From assembly GCA_965662525.1 (NCBI GenBank), contig CBFIHQ010000001.1, positions 52,535 to 116,534 of the forward strand: a stretch of DNA of 64,000 nucleotides, given 5' to 3'. The notes beneath the pieces were generated by a model. That model had not been told where the DNA came from. It made no database searches and saw only the letters and a list, made by a program, of their open reading frames with translations. The stretch comes from an uncultured Porticoccaceae bacterium (GTDB lineage Bacteria; Pseudomonadota; Gammaproteobacteria; Pseudomonadales; Porticoccaceae). Of the stretch, positions 43,019 to 54,332 are shown one piece after another. Numbering within the stretch: position 1 is the stretch's first letter; the number at the start of each line of letters is the position of its first letter. The translations under genes and the position numbers were made by a program.

Positions 43019-44432
43019 CCAGTGCTAGCGCTCTGTCTGCGGCGGCGTTAACCTGTTCTGGCGCTGTTCCACCCTGATGATTTCTGGCGGCAACTGATCC
43101 TTCAAGAGTAAGAACATCAAATACATCCTGTTCAATTAGGCTTGAGAATTTTTGTAGTTCACCAAGAGTCATCTCAGATAGATCTTTACTATTTTCGATG
43201 CCATAGGCAACCGCATTGCCAACAATTTCATGAGAGTCTCTAAAGGCAGTTCCTTTGCCTACCAGATAGTCTGCTAAATCTGTCGCAGTGGAGAAGCCCC
43301 TGCGAGCGGCTTCATACATGGATTCACGATTGGCCTGTATGGCTGGAATCATGTCACCAAAGGCTCGCAGACAGTCTTGAACTGTGTCAACGGCATCAAA
43401 TAGAGGTTCTTTATCCTCTTGATTATCCTTGTTGTAAGCCAGTGGTTGTGACTTCATTAGGGTAAGCAGTGAAATAAGTTGCCCAGTCACTCTGCCGGTC
43501 TTACCTCGAACCAATTCTGGTACATCTGGATTTTTCTTTTGCGGCATTATCGACGAGCCAGTACAGAAGCGATCTGGCAGATCAATAAACTGAAATTGTG
43601 CCGAAGCCCATAAAATTAATTCTTCAGATATACGTGAAAAATGGGTCATAAGAAGGCTGGCAAAGGCGCAGAATTCAATGGCAAAGTCGCGATCACTTAC
43701 TGAATCTAATGAGTTTTCTGAGGCTTTGCTAAAGCCGAGTTCTGAGGCGGTAAAATCACGATCAATAGGGTAGCTAGTACCGGCGAGTGCGGCCGACCCC
43801 AAAGGGCTTTGGTTAAGCCTTTTCCTGCAGTCACATAGGCGCTCATAGTCTCTTTGTATCATCTCATTCCAAGCTAGGAGGTGATGGCCTAAGGTCACTG
43901 GCTGAGCAGTTTGCAAATGTGTAAAGCCGGGCATTATGGTCGATGCCTCTTTCTTAGCCAAGGCAATAATGTTTTGTTGTAACTGACTTATTTGCGGTTT
44001 GATGCTATCAATTTGATCGCGCAACCACAGGCGAATATCTGTAGCGACCTGATCATTTCTAGAGCGTCCAGTATGTAGTTTTTTACCCACTATACCTATG
44101 CGTGAAGTTAATGCCGCTTCTATATTCATATGAACATCTTCTAGGGTCTGGGACCATGCAAATTTTCCAGCATTAATTTCTTCGCCGATTTCCCCTAGAC
44201 CTTGAATAATTTTCTCAAGCTCATCTGCGGTGAGAATCCCAACCTTAGCTAACATTTTTGCGTGGGCGATGGAGCCCTGAATATCCTGTTGCGCAAGCCG
44301 TTGATCAAAATCAACAGATGCCGTAAAGCGCGCTACAAAAGCGTCTACAGGTTCATTAAAGCGACCGCCCCACGAGGCATTGGTTACAGAATTATTCAGT
44401 TGTTCAGTTTTGTTTTTGTTAGATTTAGTCAT
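43002..44432 (-). CDS. argH: Argininosuccinate lyase
   Basis: [26 protein letters not shown]. Confidence 0.99.
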   Translation of the reverse strand: MTKSNKNKTEQLNNSVTNASWGGRFNEPVDAFVARFTASVDFDQRLAQQDIQGSIAHAKMLAKVGILTADELEKIIQGLGEIGEEINAGKFAWSQTLEDVHMNIEAALTSRIGIVGKKLHTGRSRNDQVATDIRLWLRDQIDSIKPQISQLQQNIIALAKKEASTIMPGFTHLQTAQPVTLGHHLLAWNEMIQRDYERLCDCRKRLNQSPLGSAALAGTSYPIDRDFTASELGFSKASENSLDSVSDRDFAIEFCAFASLLMTHFSRISEELILWASAQFQFIDLPDRFCTGSSIMPQKKNPDVPELVRGKTGRVTGQLISLLTLMKSQPLAYNKDNQEDKEPLFDAVDTVQDCLRAFGDMIPAIQANRESMYEAARRGFSTATDLADYLVGKGTAFRDSHEIVGNAVAYGIENSKDLSEMTLGELQKFSSLIEQDVFDVLTLEGSVAARNHQGGTAPEQVNAAADRALALVKSQN

Positions 44433-44614
44433 TGACGATATTGCCCAATCGGTAAAAATTGAGACGATTATAGCTAATCCTGATGGTTAGGGGGTAGAAG
44501 TTAGTATCAGAGCTGCGATTATTTTAATAAACAGCGCTTTTAATACGGATTACTCTGACAAATAGCGATAAATTGATGATAATAGGCACTGATAATTTAT
44601 CTCAGGTTAAAACC

Positions 44615-45559
44615 GTGACAAATATATTGCGAATAGCAACCAGAAAAAGCCCTCTTGCTCTGTGGCAGGCGGAATACGTTAAACATCAATTAATGCTGCA
44701 TCATCCTGATTTGCAGGTTGAATTAGTTGCAATGAGTACTCGTGGCGATAAATTACTCGATGCCCCGCTTGCCAAAGTTGGCGGTAAGGGCTTATTTGTA
44801 AAAGAGCTTGAAGTTGCAATGCTCGAAGGAAGGGCGGATATTGCTGTGCACTCAATGAAAGATGTGCCGATGGAATTTCCCGAAGGTTTGGCTTTATCGG
44901 TGATTTGTCAACGAGAAGATCCCACTGATGCCTTTGTATCCAATAAATATTCTGACTTAAGTCAGTTGCCAGACAATGCGGTTGTGGGCTCCTCAAGTCT
45001 GCGACGCCAATCACAAATACGTGCAAAATTTCCACATTTAACCATCAAAGATCTGCGCGGTAACGTCAATACCCGATTAGATAAACTCGATAAGGGTGAG
45101 TACGATGCACTAATTCTTGCCAGTGCCGGCCTTATTCGTTTGGATATGGCCGATAGAATTGCTGCGAGACTGGATATTGATCTATGTTTGCCGGCGGGTG
45201 GGCAGGGTGCAGTAGGTATTGAATGCCGCACTAATGATATTGAGGTTTTAGCGCTTTTAGCGCCATTGCATGATGCAGATACGGCCTGTCGCGTTATTGC
45301 TGAGAGAGCAGTTAACCGCCGTTTACAAGGTGGCTGTCAGGTACCTATCGCCTGCTTTGCTGAAATGGATTCAGATAATCAATCAATTTATCTTCGTGGA
45401 CTGGTGGGTAGTGTCGATGGTCAAACATTGCTTGAGGCCTCTATAGATGGACCGGCAGATAAAGCTGAACAATTAGGTGAAGCTCTGGCGGATAAGTTAC
45501 TTTCTATGGGTGCGGGGGAGATACTTTCAGTCGTTATGGGCAATAATTACAATGCCTGA
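44615..45559 (+). CDS. hemC: Hydroxymethylbilane synthase
   Basis: [31 protein letters not shown]; probable GTG start at 44615. Confidence 0.98.
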   Translation: MTNILRIATRKSPLALWQAEYVKHQLMLHHPDLQVELVAMSTRGDKLLDAPLAKVGGKGLFVKELEVAMLEGRADIAVHSMKDVPMEFPEGLALSVICQREDPTDAFVSNKYSDLSQLPDNAVVGSSSLRRQSQIRAKFPHLTIKDLRGNVNTRLDKLDKGEYDALILASAGLIRLDMADRIAARLDIDLCLPAGGQGAVGIECRTNDIEVLALLAPLHDADTACRVIAERAVNRRLQGGCQVPIACFAEMDSDNQSIYLRGLVGSVDGQTLLEASIDGPADKAEQLGEALADKLLSMGAGEILSVVMGNNYNA

Positions 45560-46301
45560 TAAGCCGATTTTAGTGGTTAGGCCTTTGCGCGGCGAGGATG
45601 CTTTTCTGAGGCTTTTAGATAAATCCTCCATTGCCTTTAAATATATTCCTATTATGCAAATACAGCCGCTAAATGAGGTTGATAAAGACTTTAAGTTAAT
45701 AACAAGCTGTATTGATCGCTTATCCCAGTTTGATCACGTTATTTTTATTAGTGCTAATTCCGCTGAAATTGGCTTGAGAATAATAGCTCAGCGCTGGTCT
45801 GTATTGCCTAAAAATATTAAATTTTTAGCAGTGGGTCAGCAGACTGCTGATATATTTGCTGAATTTAATTACCCAGTAAGATTCCCGCAGAAACAGCCCA
45901 ATACTGAGGGGCTGCTTGCTGAGTTACCTCAGTTGCAAAACTTAAAGGGTAAAAAAGTGCTTATTTTGCGAGGTGGCCAAGGTCGGCAAACATTGGGTGA
46001 GAAACTTGCTCAACGCGGCGCAACGGTCGAGTACTGCGAGCTATACCAGCGTCAGATTCATTCGCAAAATTTATTACAGGCAAAAAACTTTATGCCCAGC
46101 GCTAGTTGCCTTGTAGTTCACAGCGGTGAATTACTGCACGCTATGGATATTCCACAGGATAAGCATATACCCTTGGTAGTGCCCAGTGATAGAATTGCAC
46201 AAATGGCAAAGAGTATGGGTTACCTAACAGTAGTAGTTGCAGAAAATGCCCTGCCTAAATCAATGTACAGGGCTGTAAAAAAGTCCTTGGCTATTAATTA
46301 G
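45552..46301 (+). CDS. hemD: Uroporphyrinogen-III synthase
   Basis: [34 protein letters not shown]; ATG 45552 overlapping the hemC end. Confidence 0.92.
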   Translation: MPDKPILVVRPLRGEDAFLRLLDKSSIAFKYIPIMQIQPLNEVDKDFKLITSCIDRLSQFDHVIFISANSAEIGLRIIAQRWSVLPKNIKFLAVGQQTADIFAEFNYPVRFPQKQPNTEGLLAELPQLQNLKGKKVLILRGGQGRQTLGEKLAQRGATVEYCELYQRQIHSQNLLQAKNFMPSASCLVVHSGELLHAMDIPQDKHIPLVVPSDRIAQMAKSMGYLTVVVAENALPKSMYRAVKKSLAIN

Positions 46302-46386
46302 CCAACCTAGATAAACAATACCTTTAAATATTAGTTATCCCTGATGTTTTATGCAGGGTTTTTAGATAAAAAGTGAAAATAGCCCT

Positions 46387-47469
46387 ATGAAATCATCGAT
46401 TTTGGCAAAGTTGGATAATCTTAATGAGCGCTACCAGGAGGTGGCTGCTCTTTTGAGTGATGCCGAAATAATTACTGATCAAAATAAATTTAGAGATCTG
46501 TCCAAGGAATATGCCGAATTAGAGCCAGTGGTTAAAGCTTATTTGAGCTATCAAGAGGTTCTTAATAATTTAGATGAAGCCAAGCTACTACTTAAGGATT
46601 CCGACCCAGATATGCGTGCAATGGCCCAAGAGGAATTTGCCGAAGCGGAATCGCAACTAGAGCCATTGGAGCTGGATCTGCAGAAACAATTGCTACCCAA
46701 AGATCCCAACGATCACAAGAATGTTTATTTGGAGATTCGTGCCGGAACCGGCGGTGATGAAGCCGCTATTTTTTCAGGCGACCTCTTTAGAATGTACAGT
46801 CGCTTCGCTGAGGGTAAGCGCTGGAAGGTGGAGGTCATCAGTATGAATGAAGGTGATCACGGTGGTTATAAAGAAATTATCACCCGAATTGTCGGCCAAG
46901 GCGTTTACTCTATGCTGAAATTTGAATCTGGTGCCCACCGTGTTCAACGGGTCCCTGAAACTGAATCTCAGGGTCGAATTCATACTTCTGCCTGTACGGT
47001 GGCTGTGATGCCAGAGGCTGATGAGCAGGATACTATTGAAATTAATAAAGGCGATTTACGAGTAGATACATTTCGCGCTTCAGGCTCTGGTGGGCAGCAC
47101 GTCAACAAAACTGATTCAGCTATTCGGCTAACGCATTTGCCAACGGGTATTGTTGTCGAATGCCAGGATGAGCGATCACAGCATAAAAACCGTGCCAAAG
47201 CTATGTCAGTTTTGCAGGCGCGTTTGAATAATGCGCAAACTGATGCAGCGGCCAAGGAACAATCAGAGCAGCGTAAAAATTTGGTGGGTAGTGGTGACCG
47301 TTCAGAGCGTATTCGAACCTATAATTTCCCACAGGGTAGAGTCACCGATCATAGAATAAATCTTACTCTGTACAAGCTAGCAGAGGTTATGGAGGGAAGT
47401 CTGGGTGAGGTGGTGCAGCCATTAATCAATGAATTTCAAGCTGAACAGCTTGCCTCGCTGTCAGAATAA
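46387..47469 (+). CDS. prfA: Peptide chain release factor 1
   Basis: PxT motif [18 protein letters not shown]. Confidence 0.99.
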   Translation: MKSSILAKLDNLNERYQEVAALLSDAEIITDQNKFRDLSKEYAELEPVVKAYLSYQEVLNNLDEAKLLLKDSDPDMRAMAQEEFAEAESQLEPLELDLQKQLLPKDPNDHKNVYLEIRAGTGGDEAAIFSGDLFRMYSRFAEGKRWKVEVISMNEGDHGGYKEIITRIVGQGVYSMLKFESGAHRVQRVPETESQGRIHTSACTVAVMPEADEQDTIEINKGDLRVDTFRASGSGGQHVNKTDSAIRLTHLPTGIVVECQDERSQHKNRAKAMSVLQARLNNAQTDAAAKEQSEQRKNLVGSGDRSERIRTYNFPQGRVTDHRINLTLYKLAEVMEGSLGEVVQPLINEFQAEQLASLSE

Positions 47470-47481
47470 TGGCTTTTTAGT

Positions 47482-48321
47482 ATGGCCAGTGTTTCTGAGT
47501 TACTTAATTTATCAGCTAAATTACAATTAAACAGTGACTCGCCGAAATTAGATTGTGAGCTGCTTTTATGCCATGCGCTTGAGGTAGATCGCACCTGGTT
47601 GCGAACCTGGCCAAAGAATCAAGTTTCTGCAGGCCAACAAATCCTTTTTGAATCTCTTTTAGACCAGCGTATTAATGGTACTCCTATTGCCTACCTTATC
47701 GGTTCTCGCGGTTTTTGGTCTATGGATTTAAATGTTTCTTCGGATACGCTTATACCTCGCCCAGAAACTGAACTGTTGGTAGAGATCGCATTGAGTCTTA
47801 ATATACCAAGTAAGGCCTATGGTTTAGATTTGGGTACAGGCTCTGGCGCTATTGCTCTCGCCTTAGCTTCTGAGCGATTAGATATGCAGTGGATTGCTGT
47901 GGATTCACAGCAGGGAGCAGTTGAGCTGGCGCAAAGTAATTGCGATCAACAACAGCTTACCAATGTAAGTATTTTTCAAAGCAGTTGGTTTGACGCAATA
48001 AAAGCGCCAAATAATAAATTTGATTTAATTGTCAGCAACCCACCCTATATTGCTGCAGATGACCCCCATCTTTATCAGGGAGATGTTCGCTTTGAGCCTT
48101 TAACGGCATTAGTTTCTGGCATTGATGGGTTGGACGATATTAAAATTATCGTTCGCCAAAGCTCGAATTATTTAAATACCAGTGGCTGGCTTATTTTGGA
48201 GCATGGCTATAATCAGGGGCAGTCGGTTAGAGAGCTAATGTTAGCTGCAGGGTTTTCTCAGGTTGTGACCAAGCAAGATTATAATAATTTAGACCGTGTT
48301 ACTCTTGGGCAGTGGCAATAA
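47482..48321 (+). CDS. prmC: Release factor glutamine methyltransferase
   Basis: LIPRPETE, DLGTGSG, SNPPY. Confidence 0.98.
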   Translation: MASVSELLNLSAKLQLNSDSPKLDCELLLCHALEVDRTWLRTWPKNQVSAGQQILFESLLDQRINGTPIAYLIGSRGFWSMDLNVSSDTLIPRPETELLVEIALSLNIPSKAYGLDLGTGSGAIALALASERLDMQWIAVDSQQGAVELAQSNCDQQQLTNVSIFQSSWFDAIKAPNNKFDLIVSNPPYIAADDPHLYQGDVRFEPLTALVSGIDGLDDIKIIVRQSSNYLNTSGWLILEHGYNQGQSVRELMLAAGFSQVVTKQDYNNLDRVTLGQWQ

Positions 48322-48494
48322 TTTCTAATCTTCAGCACCCATCATTTTGCTAGATAATAGGGCTAAAAGAGTCTAAGTATTTATTATATAAGCGAATAAA
48401 ACCTAATTCTGCTATAGTTGTTGCCAGAGTGATACCGTGGTGATTGCTAAAGAGCTCTCATCTTAATTAAAAACTAAAAAAAGCATATAGCCCT

Positions 48495-49817
48495 TTGACT
48501 AAAACTCCCGAACAATCTGTTAATGCAGAGGCGTCAGCGCCCTCGAATCAATCTAATTCTAAAAAGCCTATTAGAGCGTCAAAAAATCGACGTAAAAAGA
48601 ACCAAAAGTGGGATATTTCTCAATTTGTGGTTGATCCTCGTGAAGATAAAGCTAGGTTCCATGACTTTGAGCTTCCAAACGAGTTGATGCACGGTATTCA
48701 TGATGCAGGTTTTCAATACTGCACTCCGATTCAGGCCGCTTCATTGCCGCATACCTTGCACGGTTATGATCTTGTAGGCAAGGCTCAAACTGGGACGGGT
48801 AAAACAGCTGCATTTTTGTTGAGTATTATTGCTGATTTAATTAAGCATCCGGTTGAGGGTGAGCGCTACTTAGGAGAGGCAAGAGCCATGATTATGGCGC
48901 CAACGCGCGAGTTGGCGATTCAAATTGCTGATGATGCGGCTAATTTGGTGAAGCATGCTGATATAGGTGTGCACTGTTTAGTTGGCGGTATGGACTATGG
49001 TAAACAGTTATCTAAACTTCAGCGAAGACATTGTGATATTTTGGTGGGAACACCAGGTCGCCTTTTGGATTTTGCTAATAACCGAGATATTTACCTAGAT
49101 CAGGTTGAAGTTTTAGTGATTGATGAAGCAGATCGTATGCTAGATATGGGTTTTATTCCTCAAGTTAGACGGTTGGTTCAATTAACTCCCAAAAAAGAAG
49201 ATCGCCAAACGCTTTTATATTCAGCCACATTTACCCCTGAAATTATGCGACTGACTCAATCTTGGACTTTTGAGCCAGTAACTGTTGAGATTGATGCAGA
49301 AAAAATTGCTACCGATACCGTCGAGCAGAAAATTTATATTGCCTCTACAGAAGAAAAGATAATCTTATTGCAAAATATTCTTACATCCGATGAGGTGGAT
49401 TCGGTAATGGTGTTTGCAAATCGTCGCGATATTTGCCGAACACTTTATGAAAAGCTGAAAAAGCAAGGATTTAAAGTAGGTATTCTATCGGGTGATGTGC
49501 CGCAGAACCGTCGAATGAAGGCGCTGGAATCCTTTAAATCTGGTGCATTAAAAGTCATGGTGGCGACTGATGTTGCTGGACGAGGGATCCATGTTGACGG
49601 TGTCAGTCATGTAATCAATTACACCTTGCCTGAGGAGCCAGAAGACTATATTCACCGCATCGGAAGGACGGGACGCGCCGGTAAAACAGGAACTTCGATC
49701 AGCTTTGCCTGTGAAGATGACGCATTTCGTCTAGAGCCAATTGAAAAGCTATTGGAGAAAAAGTTGAATTGTGTGATGCCTGAAGAAAGTTTGTTGCAGG
49801 GCGTTAACGCTAAATAA
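48495..49817 (+). CDS. rhlB: DEAD-box RNA helicase, RhlB-like
   Basis: AQTGTGKT, PTRELA, DEAD, SAT, HRIGRTGR; resembles Pseudomonas-type RhlB. Confidence 0.85.
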   Translation: MTKTPEQSVNAEASAPSNQSNSKKPIRASKNRRKKNQKWDISQFVVDPREDKARFHDFELPNELMHGIHDAGFQYCTPIQAASLPHTLHGYDLVGKAQTGTGKTAAFLLSIIADLIKHPVEGERYLGEARAMIMAPTRELAIQIADDAANLVKHADIGVHCLVGGMDYGKQLSKLQRRHCDILVGTPGRLLDFANNRDIYLDQVEVLVIDEADRMLDMGFIPQVRRLVQLTPKKEDRQTLLYSATFTPEIMRLTQSWTFEPVTVEIDAEKIATDTVEQKIYIASTEEKIILLQNILTSDEVDSVMVFANRRDICRTLYEKLKKQGFKVGILSGDVPQNRRMKALESFKSGALKVMVATDVAGRGIHVDGVSHVINYTLPEEPEDYIHRIGRTGRAGKTGTSISFACEDDAFRLEPIEKLLEKKLNCVMPEESLLQGVNAK

Positions 49818-49823
49818 TACAGA

Positions 49824-50297
49824 TTAGGAATGGCGCATGAGTCGTTGTTTTTGACGACTCCAATCTCTATCTTTTGAGTCCATACGTTTATCGTAGGCAA
49901 CTTTACCCTTAGCGAGGGCAACTTCGCACTTAACCAAGTGACCTTTCCAATAAAGCGCAGTGCAAATACAGGTGCGACCCTTTTGCTTTATTGCATCATC
50001 TATTTTTTTTAGTTCACGGTAATTGAGTAGAAGTTTTCTTGATCGCGTTGGCTCGGTCACATAATGGGTAGAAGCTGTTTTAAGTGGCGATATATTAGTG
50101 TTTAACAGCCAAGCTTCGTTATCTTTGACCATGACATAGGTATCGGTAAGGTTAACCTGACCTTCCCGCAGGCTTTTTACTTCCCAACCCTGAAGTGAAA
50201 TCCCAGCCTCAAATTTTTCTTCGATAAAATAGTCATGCCTCATTTTGCGATTGAGGGCAATGGTATTGGAGGACTGTTTAGGTTTCTTTTTGCTCAT
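49824..50297 (-). CDS. smpB: SsrA-binding protein
   Basis: [26 protein letters not shown]...DKR. Confidence 0.98.
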   Translation of the reverse strand: MSKKKPKQSSNTIALNRKMRHDYFIEEKFEAGISLQGWEVKSLREGQVNLTDTYVMVKDNEAWLLNTNISPLKTASTHYVTEPTRSRKLLLNYRELKKIDDAIKQKGRTCICTALYWKGHLVKCEVALAKGKVAYDKRMDSKDRDWSRQKQRLMRHS

Positions 50298-50456
50298 AGT
50301 AAATGATTATACGTCGACCATTAGTTTTGTCATAAGATTATTGTCAAGATGCCAATATTTAGGTGTTTTTTTAATGACAATACATTAATCGGTTACCGCT
50401 CTAGGTAAGATCAAAAATTATGGTTACAATTCAGCAATAAATATTGGGGATTTGTT

Positions 50457-51827
50457 ATGGCACTTCAGCAAAAGGGAATGCATGGCGCATGGGTTAGTCG
50501 ATGGACTTTTATAATGGCCGCTACTGGGTCTGCGGTTGGCTTGGGGAATATGTGGAAATTTCCCTATGTTGCTGGCAGTAATGGTGGTGGTGCATTTGTT
50601 TTAGTTTATCTAGCCTGTATTCTTTTTATTGGTGTTCCAGTGATGATGGCAGAAGTTATGCTGGGCCGCCATGGCCGCAAAAGTCCAATTAATGCCATGC
50701 GAGATATCGTCTCAGAAAGCGGAGTCGATCGGCGCTGGTCGCATATAGGCTGGCTTGGCGTTATCGCGGCTATTTTAATTCTAAGTTTTTATGCGGTGAT
50801 TGCTGGTTGGGCTCTGAGCTACATTATTGAAATGGGTTCAGGCGTTTTAAAAGGCGCCGATGGTGAAACTGCTGCCGCTGCCTTTACTCAGTTACTTAAT
50901 AACCCCGCTAAATTAATTTTTTGGCAAACGGTATTTTTAACCCTGTGTGTGGCCGTGGTTATGGGTGGGGTTAAAAAAGGCTTGGGGGTTGCGGTTGAAA
51001 CTCTAATGCCAATTCTATTTTTTATACTTTTGGGGCTATTGGTTTTTAGTTTTTTTAAAGGTAATTTTGCAGCTGCGGCAAACTTCTTATTTTCTTTTAA
51101 CCTCGACCAATTAACGTCGCGATCGGTTTTAGAAGCAATGGGGCAGGCATTTTTTACTCTTAGCATAGGTATGGGTGCCATAATGGCTTATGGTGCTTAT
51201 ATGCCACAAACAGCCAGTATTGGTAAAACTATTCTTATAGTGGCTTTTTTTGATAGCGCTGTGGCTATTATTTCAGGCTTGGTCATTTTCTCAATCGTAT
51301 TTGCAACCCAGGGTATTGAGCCTGGTGCTGGTCCGGGGTTAATGTTTATTAGTTTACCTGTTGCATTTGGCAGTATGCCAGGCGGTTTATTGATTGGTGC
51401 TATTTTCTTTATTTTAGTTTCTATTGCTGCTTGGAGTTCGGCTATATCTCTGCTGGAGCCCTGTGTAGCATGGCTAGTCGAGGCTAAGAATATGGATCGT
51501 TTTCAAGCCAATTTGATCTTTGCAGTAATAGCTTGGACTTTAGGCTTAGGCACAGTGTTTTCATTTAATATTTGGTCTGGGTATCAATTGTTTGGTTTTA
51601 CATTCTTTGATTTCTTGGATTTCTTAACTGCTAATATAATGCTACCTATTTCAGGTCTATTGATTGCGTTATTTGTCGGCTATGTAGTTGATAAAAAGAT
51701 CGTTACCGCTGAAATGAAGGGTATGCATCCCAAAATACAGGTATTATGGCAATTTACTCTGCGCTATCTAGCTCCTTTTTCTATTGGTGCCGTATTTATT
51801 ATGGGTCTGTATGACAAACTTATTTAG
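50457..51827 (+). CDS. Sodium-dependent transporter (NSS/SNF family)
   Basis: GSAVGLGNMWKFPY, GQAFFTLS, GPGLMF. Confidence 0.95.
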   Translation: MALQQKGMHGAWVSRWTFIMAATGSAVGLGNMWKFPYVAGSNGGGAFVLVYLACILFIGVPVMMAEVMLGRHGRKSPINAMRDIVSESGVDRRWSHIGWLGVIAAILILSFYAVIAGWALSYIIEMGSGVLKGADGETAAAAFTQLLNNPAKLIFWQTVFLTLCVAVVMGGVKKGLGVAVETLMPILFFILLGLLVFSFFKGNFAAAANFLFSFNLDQLTSRSVLEAMGQAFFTLSIGMGAIMAYGAYMPQTASIGKTILIVAFFDSAVAIISGLVIFSIVFATQGIEPGAGPGLMFISLPVAFGSMPGGLLIGAIFFILVSIAAWSSAISLLEPCVAWLVEAKNMDRFQANLIFAVIAWTLGLGTVFSFNIWSGYQLFGFTFFDFLDFLTANIMLPISGLLIALFVGYVVDKKIVTAEMKGMHPKIQVLWQFTLRYLAPFSIGAVFIMGLYDKLI

Positions 51828-51835
51828 GTGTTCGC

Positions 51836-52276
51836 TTGGCAACAGTTAATCGCTCAGCAATTGTTCCTTATTCCGCCCATAAAATGTATTGCTTGGTCAA
51901 TGATGTGGCAAGCTACCCACAATTTATGGATGGATGCTCTTCGGTTGAGCTTATTGAGCATACAGATCAATTGATGCGGGCTACTTTGTGTTTAAAAAAA
52001 GCGGGTATGGAAGTTAATTTCACCACCTGTAATCAATTGGTAGCAGACACCAGTATTGAAATGCGCTTGCAGGACGGTCCATTTAAAACATTTTATGGTT
52101 TGTGGCAGTTTAAACCTTTGTCTAAAAGCGCTTGCAAGATTACACTAGATTTAGAATTTGAATTTAATAGCTGGGCATTGGCTAAGGTAGCCACAGGTAT
52201 GTTTTCAGGGGTATCTAATAATCTTGTGGATGCGCTTTGTAAGCGTGCGAACGAAATATATAAAAAGGCAATCTAA
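51836..52276 (+). CDS. ratA: RatA/PasT (Coq10-like START-domain protein)
   Basis: MYCLVNDVASYPQF, GPFK, LEFEF; context smpB-ratAB-bamE. Confidence 0.93.
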   Translation: MATVNRSAIVPYSAHKMYCLVNDVASYPQFMDGCSSVELIEHTDQLMRATLCLKKAGMEVNFTTCNQLVADTSIEMRLQDGPFKTFYGLWQFKPLSKSACKITLDLEFEFNSWALAKVATGMFSGVSNNLVDALCKRANEIYKKAI

Positions 52277-52605
52277 TGACGGAAAGTAATTCTGAAATCA
52301 CTGTTGAGGTGGCTTATGCGCTGCCCGATAAGCAGCTACTTAAAGTGTTAAACGTTCCTCAAGGCACCACGGCTCTTGATGCTGTAAAACAGTCTGGCGT
52401 GTTGCAAATGTTTCCGGAAATAGATTTGGAAAATATACAAATGGGTATTTTTTCTCAAGTGCTTGGCACCAAGGGGCTTGCGGAGCCAGCTAGCTATGAG
52501 CTTCAGGCAAAAGATAGGGTTGAGTTATATAGACCATTGATTGCTGATCCAAAAGAAGTTCGCCGCCGTCGAGCAGAAGAAGCTAAAGCGCAAAAAACCA
52601 GTTAA
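52276..52605 (+). CDS. ratB: RnfH/RatB ubiquitin-like protein
   Basis: VEVAYALP, DRVELYRPLIADPKEVRRRRA. Confidence 0.93.
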   Translation: MTESNSEITVEVAYALPDKQLLKVLNVPQGTTALDAVKQSGVLQMFPEIDLENIQMGIFSQVLGTKGLAEPASYELQAKDRVELYRPLIADPKEVRRRRAEEAKAQKTS

Positions 52606-52617
52606 ACAGCGACTTGT

Positions 52618-52962
52618 CTACAGGTCTTCTGTATTTAAAGAAAAATCACCTTGTAGACTAACAAGGCTGTTGTCTTGGTCAAAAATTAAGCTGAGTTCCT
52701 GTTCGGTTTTGTTATTTTTGGAATCGACCCTAGTATAATAATAATCCCAGCGAGATGGATCAAAAGTATCGATTACAAGGGGTGTACCCAAAATATACTG
52801 CACCTGTGTTTTAGTCATGCCAACCTGTATTTTATCTACCATATCTTGGGTAACTATATTACCCTGCTGAACAGTTACCTTGTGTATGCTTGGGAATTGA
52901 ATCCAGCTACATCCAGCGAATAAAAATACACAAAGTATGACCAAAATTGAATATAATCGCAT
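52618..52962 (-). CDS. bamE: Outer-membrane protein assembly lipoprotein BamE (OmlA)
   Basis: Lipobox FAGC, QGN, GMTKTQV, LGTP, WDY; divergent from fur. Confidence 0.95.
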   Translation of the reverse strand: MRLYSILVILCVFLFAGCSWIQFPSIHKVTVQQGNIVTQDMVDKIQVGMTKTQVQYILGTPLVIDTFDPSRWDYYYTRVDSKNNKTEQELSLIFDQDNSLVSLQGDFSLNTEDL

Positions 52963-53028
52963 GTACAGTATCCTAATTGGTGTGTTAGATAAATGGTTGA
53001 TGGATCATAACATAGAGAAGGGAAGATT

Positions 53029-53433
53029 ATGTCTACAGAAGATATTGAATTAAAAAAAGTGGGCTTAAAAGTCACGCTGCCTAGAATTAAGATTTTACAA
53101 ATCCTTGAAAATACAGTCGAAAGACATATGACGGCGGAGGATATTTATCAGTCGCTTCGGGATGCCGATGAAGATGTTGGAATTGCCACGGTATATCGAG
53201 TACTCACTCAATTTGAGACGGCGGGGCTGGTTGAGAGGCATAATTTTGATTCAGGGCCTGCGGTATATGAGTTAGATCGCGGTGAACATCACGATCATAT
53301 GGTCTGTACTGAAACTGGAAAGGTGATCGAATTTCATAATGACGAAATTGAAGCCTTACAGGAAAAAATTGCAGAACAAAATGGCTATCAGCTGGTAGGA
53401 CATAGCTTGGTGCTATACGTTAAGCCCAAGTAA
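53029..53433 (+). CDS. fur: Ferric uptake regulator
   Basis: GLKVTLPRIKIL, GIATVYRVLTQF, HHDHMVC. Confidence 0.98.
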   Translation: MSTEDIELKKVGLKVTLPRIKILQILENTVERHMTAEDIYQSLRDADEDVGIATVYRVLTQFETAGLVERHNFDSGPAVYELDRGEHHDHMVCTETGKVIEFHNDEIEALQEKIAEQNGYQLVGHSLVLYVKPK

Positions 53434-53445
53434 TTAAATTTTATT

Positions 53446-53481
53446 ACACAGGGTTTTAGCGCACGGCTAAAACCCGTGTTT
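53446..53481. terminator. Hairpin between convergent fur and panB
   Basis: GGGTTTTAGC-GCACG-GCTAAAACCC 10-bp perfect stem overlapping the panB stop. Confidence 0.6.
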
Positions 53482-54255
53482 AGCCTCGGGAAATGCCCCG
53501 CTTAATACCTCATTTCTGTAATTGATAAGTGCATCCTGAATATTGGATGAATGCTCTAAATAATTCTTGGAAAACTTTGGCGCGCTATCAGAAATCCCCA
53601 ACATATCCTGAAGCACCAAGACCTGCCCATCTGTATCTGCCCCTGCACCAATCCCTATGACCGGAATATCAAGAGCGGAGGAAAGCCCTTTACCTAAGGC
53701 AGAGGGTACGCATTCAACTACCAATAAATCGGCACCTGCTTGTTCAAGCATTTTTGCGTCAGCTAAGATCTTGTCAGCAGCGTTTGTATCTTTGCCCTGA
53801 ACCTTGAAGCCACTTAATTTATGCACTGACTGCGGGGTAAGTCCAAGATGACCACAGACCGGAATACCTCTTTCCGTTAGGGCAAAAACAGCTTCTGTTA
53901 ACCACTCTCCACCTTCTAACTTGACCATTTGTGCTCCTGCCTGCATTAATATTGCTGCGTTCTCTAAAGCTTGAGGTACGGTAGAATAGGACATAAATGG
54001 CATATCTGAAAGGATTAAAGAGGACTGAATGCCGCGCTTCACATTTGTAGTGTGGTATGCCATTTCATCAATGGTTACAGGGATAGTTGTTTGTTGTCCT
54101 TGAATCACATTACCTAGGGAGTCACCTACTAAGGTAACCTCAATCCCAGCGTTATCAATTTGCCTTGCAAAGCTATAATCATAGGCCGTAATAGCGGCAA
54201 ATTTCTTGCCGCTTGCTTTGATTGATCCCAGTTTGTCAATTGATATAGTCGTCAT
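53467..54255 (-). CDS. panB: 3-methyl-2-oxobutanoate hydroxymethyltransferase
   Basis: TAYD, LVGDSLG, VKLEGG, HLGLTPQ, IGIGAG; ATG 54255. Confidence 0.97.
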   Translation of the reverse strand: MTTISIDKLGSIKASGKKFAAITAYDYSFARQIDNAGIEVTLVGDSLGNVIQGQQTTIPVTIDEMAYHTTNVKRGIQSSLILSDMPFMSYSTVPQALENAAILMQAGAQMVKLEGGEWLTEAVFALTERGIPVCGHLGLTPQSVHKLSGFKVQGKDTNAADKILADAKMLEQAGADLLVVECVPSALGKGLSSALDIPVIGIGAGADTDGQVLVLQDMLGISDSAPKFSKNYLEHSSNIQDALINYRNEVLSGAFPEAKHGF

Positions 54256-54332
54256 ACAGGTTCCCAAACTATTTAGCCGCAAAATTTCTATTATTTACCA
54301 ACATATTGTAGCATTTTATTTGCTCGTAGGAT

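Noticed and set aside
45477-45551. N-terminal extension of hemD in the ORF track
   Set aside because: Overlaps hemC; ATG 45552 gives the usual coupled start
49818-50456. tmRNA (ssrA) or integration site next to smpB; tRNA-Leu before rnr
   Set aside because: No tRNA-like ends (GGGGC.../TTCGA...CCA) visible at either position
51836-52605. ratAB as a toxin-antitoxin or accessory module
   Set aside because: Core conserved locus between smpB and bamE; RatA is a Coq10-like protein
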